64,000 nt of DNA from Desulfomonilia bacterium (GCA_963664325.2 CAXXDQ010000003.1:704001-768000); one strand, 5' to 3'. Counted from the stretch's first letter, positions 47,359 to 58,052 are shown. The notes: generated from the letters alone by a model not told the origin. Translations and numbers: made by a program.

Positions 47359-48285
47359 ATGGTGCACCTGATATTATTTATCGTAAGGATTGTTCCAAGG
47401 CCTGTCGGTATTTCATTTTTCAGGACTCTTGGTCTTATCCTGTATTATCTGATGCCGGAACGCAGAAGGATCGCATTGACAAATCTTGATATCTGTCTTG
47501 GCAATGCCACGAATAAAAATGAACGAAAACTGATAGCCAGGGAAAGTTTTAAAAATTCAATAAGCATAGCATTTGATTTTCTGAAGATAATGCAAATGCC
47601 GCCGGATAAGCAGTCTGAGCTGGTGAAAATAACAGGTGAAGAGAACATATCAGAGGCCCTTAAGGTTAAAAAAGGCGTTTTTGCGGTGAGCGCTCATCTG
47701 GGAAATTTCCCGCTCATGCTAGCCTTCATGTCAGGCAGAGGCTATCGCGTCAATGTTGTAACAAGGCAAATTAAGGCAAAATGGGCTGACAGGCTATATA
47801 CCGGTATGCTCAAGCGTTTCGGGACCGGCACTATTACAAAGGAGAGAGTTGCGCTCGGCATTATGAGGGCCTTGAAAAACGAAGAGATAGTCGGTTATGT
47901 TCTGGATCAGAACATGCAAAGGGAAACCGGGATATTTGTAGATTTTTTCGGCAGAAAAGCCTCAACCATAAGAGGGCTTGCCACTTTTTCAAACAGGTAC
48001 GGCAGCCCGATCCTTCCAGCCTATATTGTAAGTACGCCTAAGGGACATAAGATTTTTGTCGACAAACCCTATATTTATGATTCTTCAAACGAAGATGAAT
48101 TGCAGCTTACCCAGCGCTTTACTTCAATGATTGAAGAATGGGTAACAAAATATCCTGAACAATGGCTCTGGTATCACAGGAGGTTCAAAACAAGACCTGC
48201 CGGAGAAGACCGTATTTATCCGAGAAAACCAAGTCTGACAAAACGCTACAGAAGATGGAAACGGCAGAGGCTTGCCAATGGCTGA
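47359..48285 (+). CDS. lpxL: Lipid A late acyltransferase (LpxL/HtrB family)
   Basis: SAHLGNF, LDQN…FVDFFG, YPEQWLWYHRRFK. Confidence 0.85.
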   Translation: MVHLILFIVRIVPRPVGISFFRTLGLILYYLMPERRRIALTNLDICLGNATNKNERKLIARESFKNSISIAFDFLKIMQMPPDKQSELVKITGEENISEALKVKKGVFAVSAHLGNFPLMLAFMSGRGYRVNVVTRQIKAKWADRLYTGMLKRFGTGTITKERVALGIMRALKNEEIVGYVLDQNMQRETGIFVDFFGRKASTIRGLATFSNRYGSPILPAYIVSTPKGHKIFVDKPYIYDSSNEDELQLTQRFTSMIEEWVTKYPEQWLWYHRRFKTRPAGEDRIYPRKPSLTKRYRRWKRQRLANG

Positions 48286-49711
48286 CGGTGCGTCATTACC
48301 AGGGGCATTTGGAAGAGAACTTGAGTCACGGTTCGAAGGGTATTCATGGGACAGGGTTAAATCCTCTTCTAAACGCAGCGTTTATCACCTGACAAAACAG
48401 GGGAATCCGGGCGTATATTTAAAAATTTATCATCCGCAGGATTTGTTCCAGAGGATCAGAAACCTTGTCTTGCCGAGGACACAGAAAGAAGCCGGCATGC
48501 TAAAAGAACTTGCCCGTTCGGGCATTCCTGCTGCGGAGGTGCTGGCTCATTTCTGCCATGGCACAGGTTCGGCTCTTGCTGTCAGGGAGGTGGAGAAAAG
48601 CCGGCTCCTGATTCATTTTGAGAAAGATTTCCAGGAAAAAATGCTTTTTTCTATTGCAGGTGATATCCTTGAACATGGTTTTGTCCATGACGATCTGCAT
48701 CCCGGCAACGTATTGATTGACAGCAGGAATAATTACATACTGATTGATTGCTATGAGGTGAAAAAAAAGAACGGCGACAGGCCCTCTGACAGGATCAGGT
48801 CATATGCTTCGATAGCGTCTGTGTTCGGGACGACCCTGCCTGAATTGAAAAGGCTTCTTCCGGCAGAGAATGAAGGAACAATCGATTCTATTGCCTTGAT
48901 GGCTCAAGATATCCGTCGCAAAAGGGTTAAAAGGTGGATCAGAAGATCTCTCTCTGATGGGAGCTTCAGCAAAACAGAAAAGAACAGGGATTATCATGCG
49001 ATAATTAAAAGGGATGAAACCATTGACCTGAAGGACATGATAAATATCCACAGAAATAATCTCAAGACCGGCTCCAATCTTCTCAAGGTCCAGGACAAAA
49101 CCCAGATATCAATTGCGGGCGATTATTGTGTGAAGACCTATAAAAAGCCTTTGATTTTAAATGAACCCTACGCACTCAGGTCTTGGAAGGGTTCGCTTAT
49201 TCTAATGCTCAACGGATTCAGGGTGGCCGAACCTGTTGCATGCATAGTGTTCAATGACGGGTCAAGCATGCTCATAAGCAGGAAACTCGGGTTTACCCAA
49301 ATGGACAGGCTGCTGCACAGCGGGAGACTAAATGCTCAGGAAATCAGTACCATGGCCATGTCATTAGGCCGGACAATAGGCAGAATGCATATGCTCGGCA
49401 TCTTTCATGCGGATTTGAAGGCATGCAATATATTTATTGATACTGCTGTGAATGAGGCCATCTTCATTGACACTGACAGGGTCGTTCAGAAAAAAGAGAT
49501 TTTAAGGGAAAAGAGATTGAGAAACCTTATGCAGATAGGACTCAGCCTGCCTAGTGCCGCATCAGTATCAGGAGGCAGGTCCATGATTGATGCATATACA
49601 TCTCAGACCGGAGACAATGCGGAATATTTAATCAGTGAATTGAAAAGAAAAATGGAAGGGGAAAAAATAGTTTTCACTACAGAGAACGGAGACGTGTTCG
49701 AAGTTTTTTAG
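48272..49711 (+). CDS. Lipopolysaccharide kinase (Kdo/WaaP/InaA family) with two tandem kinase domains
   Basis: Domain 1: YLK…EA…HDDLHPGNVL…LID; domain 2: VK…HADLKACNIF…FID. Confidence 0.8.
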   Translation: MPMADGASLPGAFGRELESRFEGYSWDRVKSSSKRSVYHLTKQGNPGVYLKIYHPQDLFQRIRNLVLPRTQKEAGMLKELARSGIPAAEVLAHFCHGTGSALAVREVEKSRLLIHFEKDFQEKMLFSIAGDILEHGFVHDDLHPGNVLIDSRNNYILIDCYEVKKKNGDRPSDRIRSYASIASVFGTTLPELKRLLPAENEGTIDSIALMAQDIRRKRVKRWIRRSLSDGSFSKTEKNRDYHAIIKRDETIDLKDMINIHRNNLKTGSNLLKVQDKTQISIAGDYCVKTYKKPLILNEPYALRSWKGSLILMLNGFRVAEPVACIVFNDGSSMLISRKLGFTQMDRLLHSGRLNAQEISTMAMSLGRTIGRMHMLGIFHADLKACNIFIDTAVNEAIFIDTDRVVQKKEILREKRLRNLMQIGLSLPSAASVSGGRSMIDAYTSQTGDNAEYLISELKRKMEGEKIVFTTENGDVFEVF

Positions 49712-50046
49712 CTGTCTTTCAGTACGCTTCCAGGGTCAGTTCTGACTTTTTCAAGCTTCGCTTTGAAATCATCTGTAGGTTCAACTCCGGCCTTCTTCAG
49801 CATGCGCTCCGCTTCCAGTCCTATGTTGCGGGAATCGCTGAAAAAGCTGTCGGATTTCCTTGAATCCGGATTGTATGATGCAAGCCTGTCGGTTTGAGAG
49901 CCGTGATAATTGACCCTGGAGATTATCTTGGTCATCCCGTCTGAACCGCATGATTCGCATTTCAGATTTTCAGGGTCAGAGAATCCCTGGACAAGAAAGC
50001 CCGTAATGTGAGAGCAAGATGAGCATTTGTATTCGTAAATTGGCAT
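49708..50046 (-). CDS. FmdB-family zinc-ribbon protein
   Basis: MPIYEYKCSSC…CESCGS…KIIS. Confidence 0.88.
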   Translation of the reverse strand: MPIYEYKCSSCSHITGFLVQGFSDPENLKCESCGSDGMTKIISRVNYHGSQTDRLASYNPDSRKSDSFFSDSRNIGLEAERMLKKAGVEPTDDFKAKLEKVRTDPGSVLKDS

Positions 50047-50059
50047 GGGTTATATAAAG

Positions 50060-50087
50060 AAAAGGCAGGGCATTACCCCTGCCTTTT
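50060..50087 (-). terminator. Intrinsic terminator after dnaK
   Basis: AAAAGGCAGGG-CATTAC-CCCTGCCTTTT. Confidence 0.8.
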
Positions 50088-50098
50088 AGTGTTAAAAT

Positions 50099-52012
50099 TT
50101 ATTTTTGATCTCCCTTTACCTCTTCAAATTCCGCATCCACAACATCGTCAGGTTTTCCGCCGCCTGCTCCTCCGTCTCCGGCGCTGCCTGTCTGACCGGA
50201 ACCTTGTGCAGCAGAGGCATACATCATTTCAGCCAGTTTGTGGGAAGCCTGTACAAGGACGTCCATTCTCTGGTTGATCAGATCGGCATTGTCTCCCTTG
50301 ATTGCATCCTTAAGATCAACAATGGCATTCTCAATCTTGTTTCTCGTCATGCCGTCAACCTTGTCTCCATGCTCCTTCATGGTTTTTTCAGTTGTATAGA
50401 TAAGACTGTCGGCCTTATTTTTTGCCTCTGCCAGCGCCTGGCGGTTCTTGTCATCCTGGGCATGATCCTCAGCTTCATGGATCATGCGGTTTATGTCTTC
50501 TTCAGTAAGGCCGGAAGAGCTCGTAATCCTGATGGACTGTTCCTTGTTCGTAGCTTTGTCCTTGGCTGATACATGCAATATCCCGTTGGCGTCTATGTCG
50601 AAGGATACCTCAATCTGAGGGATTCCTCTAGGAGCAGGCGGTATACCCACAAGGTCGAACTGGCCAAGCAGCTTGTTATCTGTTGCCATCGGTCGTTCTC
50701 CCTGGAAGACCCTTATTGTAACTGCATTCTGGCTGTCTTCTGCGGTAGAGAACACCTGGGATTTATTTGTAGGTATTGTGGTGTTCCTTTCGATAACTTT
50801 TGTGAACACGCCTCCAAGCGTCTCGATGCCTAGTGAAAGAGGTGTGACGTCAAGAAGAAGGACATCTTTTACATCTCCGCCCAGAACACCGCCCTGAATG
50901 GCTGCACCTATAGCGACAACCTCGTCGGGATTGACTCCGCGGTGGGGTTCTTTGCCGAAAATCTCCTTAACCTTTTCAATGACTTTGGGCATTCTGGTCT
51001 GTCCGCCGACAAGGATAACTTCGTCTATCTGTGAGGCTGAAAGACCTGAATCGGCCAGGGCCTTGCGGCATGGACTTTCCAGCTTCTGGATTATATCATC
51101 AACCAGGGCTTCAAGCTTAGCCCTTGTCAACCGCATGTTTAGATGCTTGGGTCCGTTCTGGTCGGCGGTTATGAACGGCAGGTTGATTTCCGTTTCCATC
51201 ATTGAAGAAAGTTCATGTTTTGCCCGCTCCGCTGCTTCCTTGAGCCTCTGAAGCGCCATCCGGTCCTTGCTCAGATCAACACCTGATTCCTTCTTAAACT
51301 CACTTACGAGGTAATCGATTACATGATTGTCAATATCTTCGCCTCCGAGATGCGTGTCTCCGTTTGTTGCTTTAACCTCGAAAACTCCGTCACCTATTTC
51401 GAGAATCGAGATATCAAATGTCCCTCCGCCAAGGTCGAAGACCGCCACTTTCTCTTCTTTCTTTCTGTCGAGGCCATATGCAAGTGCAGCCGCAGTAGGC
51501 TCGTTGATTATGCGTTTGACATTGAATCCGGCAATTTTCCCGGCATCCTTCGTCGCCTGGCGCTGGCTGTCATTAAAATAGGCAGGTACGGTAATAACCA
51601 CATCTTCAATTTTTTCTCCGAGGTATGCTTCAGCATCTGTTTTGAGTTTCTGGAGAACCATGGCTGATATTTCGGGCGATGAATATATCCTGCCGTCGAC
51701 ATCGATTGCCGCATCGCCGTTGGTGGTATCAACTATCTTATAGGGCATTATCTTGATATCGCGCTGAACTTCGTTATCCGTGAACTTTCTTCCGATAAGC
51801 CTTTTAATTGCATAAAGAGTGCGTTCTGAATTTGTAACAGCCTGGCGTCTTGCAACCTGGCCCACCAGCCTTTCGCCGCTTCCGGTGAAAGCTACAACGG
51901 ATGGTGTCGTACGGGACCCTTCGGCATTCGGTATGACTTTGGGGTCGCCGCCTTCCATGATGGCCATGCAAGAATTTGTCGTTCCTAGATCAATTCCCAG
52001 GATTTTTCCCAT
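50099..52012 (-). CDS. dnaK: Chaperone DnaK
   Basis: [46 protein letters not shown]. Confidence 0.99.
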   Translation of the reverse strand: MGKILGIDLGTTNSCMAIMEGGDPKVIPNAEGSRTTPSVVAFTGSGERLVGQVARRQAVTNSERTLYAIKRLIGRKFTDNEVQRDIKIMPYKIVDTTNGDAAIDVDGRIYSSPEISAMVLQKLKTDAEAYLGEKIEDVVITVPAYFNDSQRQATKDAGKIAGFNVKRIINEPTAAALAYGLDRKKEEKVAVFDLGGGTFDISILEIGDGVFEVKATNGDTHLGGEDIDNHVIDYLVSEFKKESGVDLSKDRMALQRLKEAAERAKHELSSMMETEINLPFITADQNGPKHLNMRLTRAKLEALVDDIIQKLESPCRKALADSGLSASQIDEVILVGGQTRMPKVIEKVKEIFGKEPHRGVNPDEVVAIGAAIQGGVLGGDVKDVLLLDVTPLSLGIETLGGVFTKVIERNTTIPTNKSQVFSTAEDSQNAVTIRVFQGERPMATDNKLLGQFDLVGIPPAPRGIPQIEVSFDIDANGILHVSAKDKATNKEQSIRITSSSGLTEEDINRMIHEAEDHAQDDKNRQALAEAKNKADSLIYTTEKTMKEHGDKVDGMTRNKIENAIVDLKDAIKGDNADLINQRMDVLVQASHKLAEMMYASAAQGSGQTGSAGDGGAGGGKPDDVVDAEFEEVKGDQK

Positions 52013-52026
52013 AACTACATTCCTCC

Positions 52027-52605
52027 TTAGTTAGTATCTTTTGTCTTCTCAATCGATACGGAAACCTTTGCCGGCCTCAGTACCCTGTCGTAAAGCATGA
52101 ACCCCTTTTCAAACTCATCAACCACTATGTCCGGCATCGTAATATCGTCATCCACCCTCTGCAGCATAGCCTCATGATAGTTTGGATTAAAGGGGGCGCC
52201 TTTCTTTGCATCTATAGGTTCTACATGATGGCGTTTCAAGGTTTCGACAAAAAGTTTTTCGACCATTTCAAGCCCGCCGATAAAATTCGTGTCTTCGGGA
52301 TGAAGGTCTTTTGCCACCTGCACGGACTTGTCGATAGAATCATAAACCCTAAGCATATCACTTAAGAGACTTTCATTGCCGTATTTATGAATGTTTTCCC
52401 TGTCCCGCTGAAATCTTTTTTTCATGTTTTCAATCTCGGCCAGGGACCTTAAATACTTGTCTTTCATTTCATCAAGCTGCCCGATAAGTGTCTGTATCTC
52501 GTTGTCGAGATCTTCTGATGCCTGGTTCTCAACCGGCTTTTCTTCCGGTGCTTCTAGATAGCCGGTCATTTCTTCTTTTAAATCTTTTTGCTTTCCGCTG
52601 CTCAT
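52027..52605 (-). CDS. grpE: Nucleotide exchange factor GrpE
   Basis: [36 protein letters not shown]. Confidence 0.95.
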   Translation of the reverse strand: MSSGKQKDLKEEMTGYLEAPEEKPVENQASEDLDNEIQTLIGQLDEMKDKYLRSLAEIENMKKRFQRDRENIHKYGNESLLSDMLRVYDSIDKSVQVAKDLHPEDTNFIGGLEMVEKLFVETLKRHHVEPIDAKKGAPFNPNYHEAMLQRVDDDITMPDIVVDEFEKGFMLYDRVLRPAKVSVSIEKTKDTN

Positions 52606-52606
52606 T

Positions 52607-53641
52607 TCATATCTCCTCAATCATGGAACTCAGAAGCTTTGCCATATATTCGACCAGGGGTATAACCCTTTTATAGTTCATCCTCATGGGGCCTATGACC
52701 CCAAGGGAACCTGCTGGTGTATCTCCGTAAAAATAACCGCTTGCCACCATGGAGAAATCGTTTATCCCGATGTTTCCAATTTCCTCTCCGATGAATATCT
52801 TTACTCCCGTTCCTTCGAATACCTGGTTTAGGATTCTCAGCATCCGTCCCTTGTCTTCAAATGCCTTTACTATTTCCCTGAGCTTTTCTATGTCTGACAG
52901 CTCAGGGCAGTTAAAGACAATGTCCTTACCTTCTATAACTACATCCTGGGCGTCTTCTACATTATCAAGTGCCATCATTCCCATTTGAACGGCCTTTTTT
53001 ATCAGGTTGTCAAATCGTGCTTTTTCGCTTTTCATTTCTTTGGAGAGCGATTCTCTCATCTTCTCGATACTGAGACCGGAATATTTTTCATTCAGGAAGT
53101 TGCTGTATTTTGTAAGATCATTCTGTTTTATATCCTCACTCTGTACTACATGATTGTAAACCAGGCCTGATTTGCTGATAAGTATTGCAAGGATCCTGTT
53201 CGTTCCGATTTTTACGAATTCTATTCTTTTAAATGTGAAGGTGCTGATTTTGGGAAGGATAACTATAGAAGCATTGCCGGATATCTCCGATAAAAGAAGG
53301 CTTGCTTCATGCAGCGTCTCTTTCAGGCTCCCTGTGCTTTTGAACATCTGCTTCGAAATGATTGATTTTTCTTGCTTTGGCAGCGCCTTCATCTTGATTA
53401 TTTCGTTCAAGTAGTAATGAATACCCTCTTTCGTTGGAATTCTGCCTGCGCTTACATGAGGCTGCAGAAGAAATCCCAGTTCTTCGAGCTCCGACATTAT
53501 ATTTCTTATCGTTGCAGGGGACAGGTCAAGGTCATATCCGCAGGAAACCGCACGAGAACCAACCGGTTCGCCGGTGCTGATGAATTCCTGCATGATAAAT
53601 CCAAAAACCTGTTTGTCTCGCTTATTTATCGTTATTCCCAT
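52607..53641 (-). CDS. hrcA: Heat-inducible transcription repressor HrcA
   Basis: GEPVGSR, SPATIRN.MSELE..G.L.QPHVSAGRIPT, GVIGPMRMNY. Confidence 0.97.
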   Translation of the reverse strand: MGITINKRDKQVFGFIMQEFISTGEPVGSRAVSCGYDLDLSPATIRNIMSELEELGFLLQPHVSAGRIPTKEGIHYYLNEIIKMKALPKQEKSIISKQMFKSTGSLKETLHEASLLLSEISGNASIVILPKISTFTFKRIEFVKIGTNRILAILISKSGLVYNHVVQSEDIKQNDLTKYSNFLNEKYSGLSIEKMRESLSKEMKSEKARFDNLIKKAVQMGMMALDNVEDAQDVVIEGKDIVFNCPELSDIEKLREIVKAFEDKGRMLRILNQVFEGTGVKIFIGEEIGNIGINDFSMVASGYFYGDTPAGSLGVIGPMRMNYKRVIPLVEYMAKLLSSMIEEI

Positions 53642-53645
53642 ATTT

Positions 53646-53672
53646 TTAGCACTCTTTTATGCTGTCTGCTAA
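53646..53672. promoter_or_regulatory. CIRCE operator (HrcA binding site)
   Basis: TTAGCACTC-N9-GTCTGCTAA, two mismatches to TTAGCACTC-N9-GAGTGCTAA; 4 nt from the hrcA ATG. Confidence 0.93.
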
Positions 53673-53679
53673 CAATCCT

Positions 53680-53708
53680 TCTATAGAAACTCATGGTCTT
53701 GATGTCAA
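53680..53708 (-). promoter_or_regulatory. Sigma70 promoter of hrcA-grpE-dnaK
   Basis: Minus strand TTGACA-17 nt-TATAGA immediately upstream of CIRCE. Confidence 0.7.
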
Positions 53709-53858
53709 TACCCTGGGATTTCAAGCATTATATCTTCAACTATTCGGCATCTCACTTATCAATAGTAAATTTTTTTAAAGACTCCTATTAAATGTGGACA
53801 AAAGCCTCCGATATGTTATTGATTCTCTAATCATAATGAGCATGTAAAAGGAACCCTG

Positions 53859-55520
53859 ATGAAGGATAAGGTAGAGGCCGTACTGAACGAAGTGCTGAAT
53901 AAAATCTTAGCTGATGGTAACATAACAATTCCGGAAAATTTCAAACCCGGTATCAACCTGCCGGCTGAAAAACAATTTGGTGACTATGCCACCAATGCGG
54001 CCTTGATGCTGGCGAAACCCTCAAAGAAAAATCCACGCGAGTTAGCCACATTAATCTCAGAGAAGATTCAGGACAGCTCGGATCTTTTTACAAAAGTTGA
54101 AGTGGCCGGTCCAGGATTCATAAATTTTTTTGTAAAGGCTGATGCCTGGGCCGGAATTCTTGAAGAAGTGAATAAAGAGAAGGGCCATTTCGGAAGGAGC
54201 GGTTTCGGGGCGGGTAAAAAGGTCCAGATCGAGTTTGTCAGCGCAAATCCGACAGGCCCCCTGCATGTGGGGCACGGAAGGGGGGCTGCCGTAGGGGATA
54301 CTCTGGCAAGGATTCTTGAAGCGGCAGGATTCGATGTGCAGCGGGAATACTATGTCAACGACACAGGCAACCAGATGAATATGCTCGGCTTGTCTGTCCT
54401 TTCACGTTACAGGGAACTGCTGGGCCAAACGTCGGTATTTCCTGAAAATGGATACAAGGGAGATTATATAAAAGGAACGGCGGAGGAAATTCACAGGATT
54501 TACGGGGAAAGCCTGCTGGATATGCCCGAGGCCGAAGCTGTTTCCGTATGCCGGGATTATGCCGGTAAGAATATTCTTGAAGGTATTGATAATGACCTCA
54601 GGGAATTCAATGTGAATTTCGATATGTGGTTCAGCGAGTCGGTTTTATATAAAGACGATATGGTTGGGAAAACCCTTGAGACCATGAAAGATAAAGGGCT
54701 CACATTTGAAGATGACGGCGCCCTGTGGTTTAAGAGTACTGCATACGGGGACGAAAAGGACAGGGTATTGAGGAAATCGGACGGAGCCCTTACATATTTT
54801 GCACCTGACATCGCTTACCATAAAAACAAGCTTGAGCGCGGTTTTAAAAAAATTATTGACATATGGGGTGCCGACCATCACGGTTATGTACCCAGAATGT
54901 CGGCTGCCATGAGAGCACTTGGTGCGGATAATGACTGTTTCCATGCCCTGCTTATACAGCTTGTTTCGCTGGTAAGGGCAGGAGAGCCTGTTCAGATGTC
55001 AACGCGCTCCGGAGAATTTATAACATTGAAAGAGGTTGTTGATGAGGTAGGCAAGGACGCCGCAAGATTCTTTTTTATGATGAGGCGATGTGACAGCCAT
55101 CTCGTGTTTGACCTTGAACTGGCAAAGAAAAGGGGTGAGGAAAATCCGGTTTTCTATGTGCAGTATGCCCATGCAAGGATATGTTCGATAGTAAAAAAAG
55201 CCGCATTGTCAGATCAAAAATCGGAAACCGGACTGAAATATCTAAAGAAACTTTTAACGGATGACGAGATAGATCTCATGAAGATGATTGCACAGTATCC
55301 GGATACAGTGGTATCTGCCGCCTCTGATCTTGAACCGCACAGGATAGCCTATTATGTCCTTGACCTTGCAACCGTCTTTCACCGTTTTTACAACAAGAAC
55401 AAGGTCATTGGAGAAGATTATGAGCTCTCAGCTGCCAGACTGCTTCTTGTTGATTGTGTGAGACAGGTTATTGCCAACTGTCTGTTGATGATGGGTGTTG
55501 ATGCACCCGAATCGATGTAG
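53859..55520 (+). CDS. argS: Arginine--tRNA ligase
   Basis: GDYATN, GPGFINF, EFVSANPTGPLHVGHGRGA, WGADHHGY, MSTRSG, YVQYAHAR. Confidence 0.98.
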   Translation: MKDKVEAVLNEVLNKILADGNITIPENFKPGINLPAEKQFGDYATNAALMLAKPSKKNPRELATLISEKIQDSSDLFTKVEVAGPGFINFFVKADAWAGILEEVNKEKGHFGRSGFGAGKKVQIEFVSANPTGPLHVGHGRGAAVGDTLARILEAAGFDVQREYYVNDTGNQMNMLGLSVLSRYRELLGQTSVFPENGYKGDYIKGTAEEIHRIYGESLLDMPEAEAVSVCRDYAGKNILEGIDNDLREFNVNFDMWFSESVLYKDDMVGKTLETMKDKGLTFEDDGALWFKSTAYGDEKDRVLRKSDGALTYFAPDIAYHKNKLERGFKKIIDIWGADHHGYVPRMSAAMRALGADNDCFHALLIQLVSLVRAGEPVQMSTRSGEFITLKEVVDEVGKDAARFFFMMRRCDSHLVFDLELAKKRGEENPVFYVQYAHARICSIVKKAALSDQKSETGLKYLKKLLTDDEIDLMKMIAQYPDTVVSAASDLEPHRIAYYVLDLATVFHRFYNKNKVIGEDYELSAARLLLVDCVRQVIANCLLMMGVDAPESM

Positions 55521-55526
55521 TCTGAA

Positions 55527-56087
55527 ATGGGAAGAAGAATAAAAGCTGCCAAACATACAAGGACTCTCAAAAAAAATATTTTTCTTTTTCTGCTCTCGAT
55601 TTCAATTCTTGCCGGGGCCACATGGCTTTTCCTTAATATTATCGAACTGCCGGGTCTGCCTTTTAAAATTGATCAAATAAAACCCAAGCAAGTCATTTCA
55701 GCAATCAAGGCCAGGTTTGGAAAAAACGAGGTCGAGGACAGACATATAGCTGAAAACGGAAAAAGCAAGAAAAAGAAAGTCGAGGCATCAGCCGCTGTTG
55801 AAGAAGATTATAAATATTCCTTCTATGATATCCTTTATCATCAGAAACAGTCCAGATCTCCTGACAATCATTTTTCAGTCCAGATAGCCGCGTTCAAATC
55901 AAAAAAATCTGCCCAGGACCTGGTAAAAGAGCTTGAAAACAGCAGAAGGTTGACCTGCAGAATTGTAAAAAAAGGAAGCCAGTATTCAGTTCTCTGGGGC
56001 GGTTTCCCATCAAGGAACGACGCCGAGCGTTATAACAGGCAACTTTCAGGAATGCTGGAAAAGGAGTGCATAGTCGTCGAGATGTAA
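55527..56087 (+). CDS. SPOR-domain membrane protein (FtsN-like position after argS)
   Basis: Basic N-terminus, single TM, YSFYDIL, C-terminal SVQIAAF…V..G.F SPOR pattern. Confidence 0.8.
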   Translation: MGRRIKAAKHTRTLKKNIFLFLLSISILAGATWLFLNIIELPGLPFKIDQIKPKQVISAIKARFGKNEVEDRHIAENGKSKKKKVEASAAVEEDYKYSFYDILYHQKQSRSPDNHFSVQIAAFKSKKSAQDLVKELENSRRLTCRIVKKGSQYSVLWGGFPSRNDAERYNRQLSGMLEKECIVVEM

Positions 56088-56136
56088 GCATGAATCATCT
56101 GTTTGGTAAAGACATTTTGAAAACAGTCAGCAAATT

Positions 56137-57747
56137 CTATTTCAGTTTCCCCTCCGAATACATTTTCCTGAGTTCCTTTTTATTGAACTTCCCCACGCTT
56201 GTCTTCGGGATCATTGACATGAAAACGAATTTTTCCGGTATCCACCAGTCCGCCACCTTGCCTTTGAGAAAATCTTTTAGTTCTTCTTCGGATATGGTTT
56301 CGCCTGGTACAGGAACAACACATCCCATGGGCCTTTCCTGCCATTTCTGATGTGGCACTCCGATGACGGTTGCCTCAAGGATCTTCGGATGCGACATGAT
56401 CACATTTTCCAGATCGACTGAGGATATCCATTCACCGCCGCTCTTTATCAGGTCTCCTTTGCGGTCCACAAGCCTTACATAACCTTCGTCGTCCATCGTG
56501 GCAATATCTCCGGTTTTAAGCCAGCCGTCGGCGAAGAGCCTGGTTGATGATGCCTCGTCCCTGTAATAATCCTTTGCAATCCAGGGGCCGCGGAACCATA
56601 TTTCCCCCCATTCTTTGCCGTCCATTCTGATGTCTTCGCCGTTATCATTAACTATACGCATCTCAACTCCGGGCGCAGGTATACCGGCACTTGCCCTGAT
56701 GTCATAGATTTTATCCATCGGCCAATCAGCCATATAGCTTTTCGGAAGGGCTGCAGTAGCCATCGGGTAGGTTTCAGTCATTCCGTAAGCCTGCCGGACA
56801 GGGAATCCGTATTTTTCATTCAGGCTCTTCATTAAAGATATGGGGCAGGCCGAGCCTCCGCTGAATATGCCTTTCATTAAAGAAAAATCATGCCATCCGC
56901 CCTTTTCAAGATAATCGTGCAGCATCATCCATATTGTCGGGACACCGGCTGTAAACGTCACCTTTTCATCAGCGATCACGCGGCACAGCTTTTCCATGTT
57001 AAGGACTTCTCTGCCCGGCAGAACCTGTTTGCAGCCCAGAGCCAGGGCTCCGAAAGGAGCTCCCCATGCGTTTGCATGGAACATCGGGACGATATGGATG
57101 ACACAATCACTTTCACTTACACCGAGAGTTACACCAACGCCGTATGTATGAAGCATTATACCTCTATGGGTGTAAACCACCCCTTTGGGTGTTCCTGTTG
57201 TTGCCGATGTATAGCAAATCAGCGCAGGGTCGAACTCGCTCAAATCGATCGGCCAATCATAGCTTTCGGGAAATTCTTTAATAAGCTCATCATAAAGGCT
57301 GGCATTCGGAAGTGTTGTTTGAGGCATTTTGCCGGATTGAGAGAGTATTACATAATGTTCGACGGTCTTCAACTGGTCTGCGACCGGCTCGATAAGAAAA
57401 ACGAGGTCTTCTTCAACAAAAAGTACCTTGTCAGCGGCGTGGTTGATTATATAAACAAGATGTTCATGCGGCAGCCGGATATTGACTGTGTGCAGTACAC
57501 CTCCCATACACGGCACACCAAAGTACAGCTCAAGATGGCGCTGATTGTTCAACGCAAAGCTTGCGACCCTGTCTCCGCGCTTCACACCGAGTTTGTTCAG
57601 GGCATGTGCAAGCTGGCATGTTCGCCTGTAATAATCCGCATAGGTATAACGGTGAATCTCATTGGGATATACTGAAACTATTTCTTTCTTGGGAAAAAAT
57701 TTTGCGGTCCTGATAAGGAAAGTCCTTAGAAGAAGCTGGTAATCCAT
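56137..57747 (-). CDS. Fatty-acid--CoA ligase (AlkK/DmdB-like adenylate-forming family)
   Basis: YTSATTGTPKGV, PMFHANAWG, AYGMTET, TGD, IKSGGEWISSVDLE, PKTSVGKF. Confidence 0.92.
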   Translation of the reverse strand: MDYQLLLRTFLIRTAKFFPKKEIVSVYPNEIHRYTYADYYRRTCQLAHALNKLGVKRGDRVASFALNNQRHLELYFGVPCMGGVLHTVNIRLPHEHLVYIINHAADKVLFVEEDLVFLIEPVADQLKTVEHYVILSQSGKMPQTTLPNASLYDELIKEFPESYDWPIDLSEFDPALICYTSATTGTPKGVVYTHRGIMLHTYGVGVTLGVSESDCVIHIVPMFHANAWGAPFGALALGCKQVLPGREVLNMEKLCRVIADEKVTFTAGVPTIWMMLHDYLEKGGWHDFSLMKGIFSGGSACPISLMKSLNEKYGFPVRQAYGMTETYPMATAALPKSYMADWPMDKIYDIRASAGIPAPGVEMRIVNDNGEDIRMDGKEWGEIWFRGPWIAKDYYRDEASSTRLFADGWLKTGDIATMDDEGYVRLVDRKGDLIKSGGEWISSVDLENVIMSHPKILEATVIGVPHQKWQERPMGCVVPVPGETISEEELKDFLKGKVADWWIPEKFVFMSMIPKTSVGKFNKKELRKMYSEGKLK

Positions 57748-58052
57748 CCTTTACCTCCAAAGATATGTAATATTATATGACAATCTTACTTAAAAACCAT
57801 AATAACTATTTTGAATAAGTCAATAACGGGTTTTAATTAGAGAGCGTTCATTGCGCGCTAACAGCTTATAAATGCTGTAAAAAATAAAAGAAAAAAATAA
57901 TTTCAAGTCTTGATTAAAGATTAATCACGGGTATTATTTATAAATCATATTTTAATGCCAAGGATCACATCAATTGTTACGCTCGAAGGCTAATCAGGTG
58001 TTATTTTATTAATGCACCTATAACGGCGGAGCTTTAAATATAAGGAGAATAT

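Noticed and set aside
50105-52034. Chain of long antisense ORFs opposite dnaK
   Set aside because: Well-known artefact of hsp70 codon usage; fragmented and without independent signals.
56890-57675. 261-aa antisense ORF within the acyl-CoA ligase, and similar shadow ORFs elsewhere
   Set aside because: Fully embedded opposite conserved genes with no motifs of their own.
57960-58052. JUMPStart/ops element before the glycan genes
   Set aside because: Only GGCGGAG is present, not GGCGGTAG; too weak to call.
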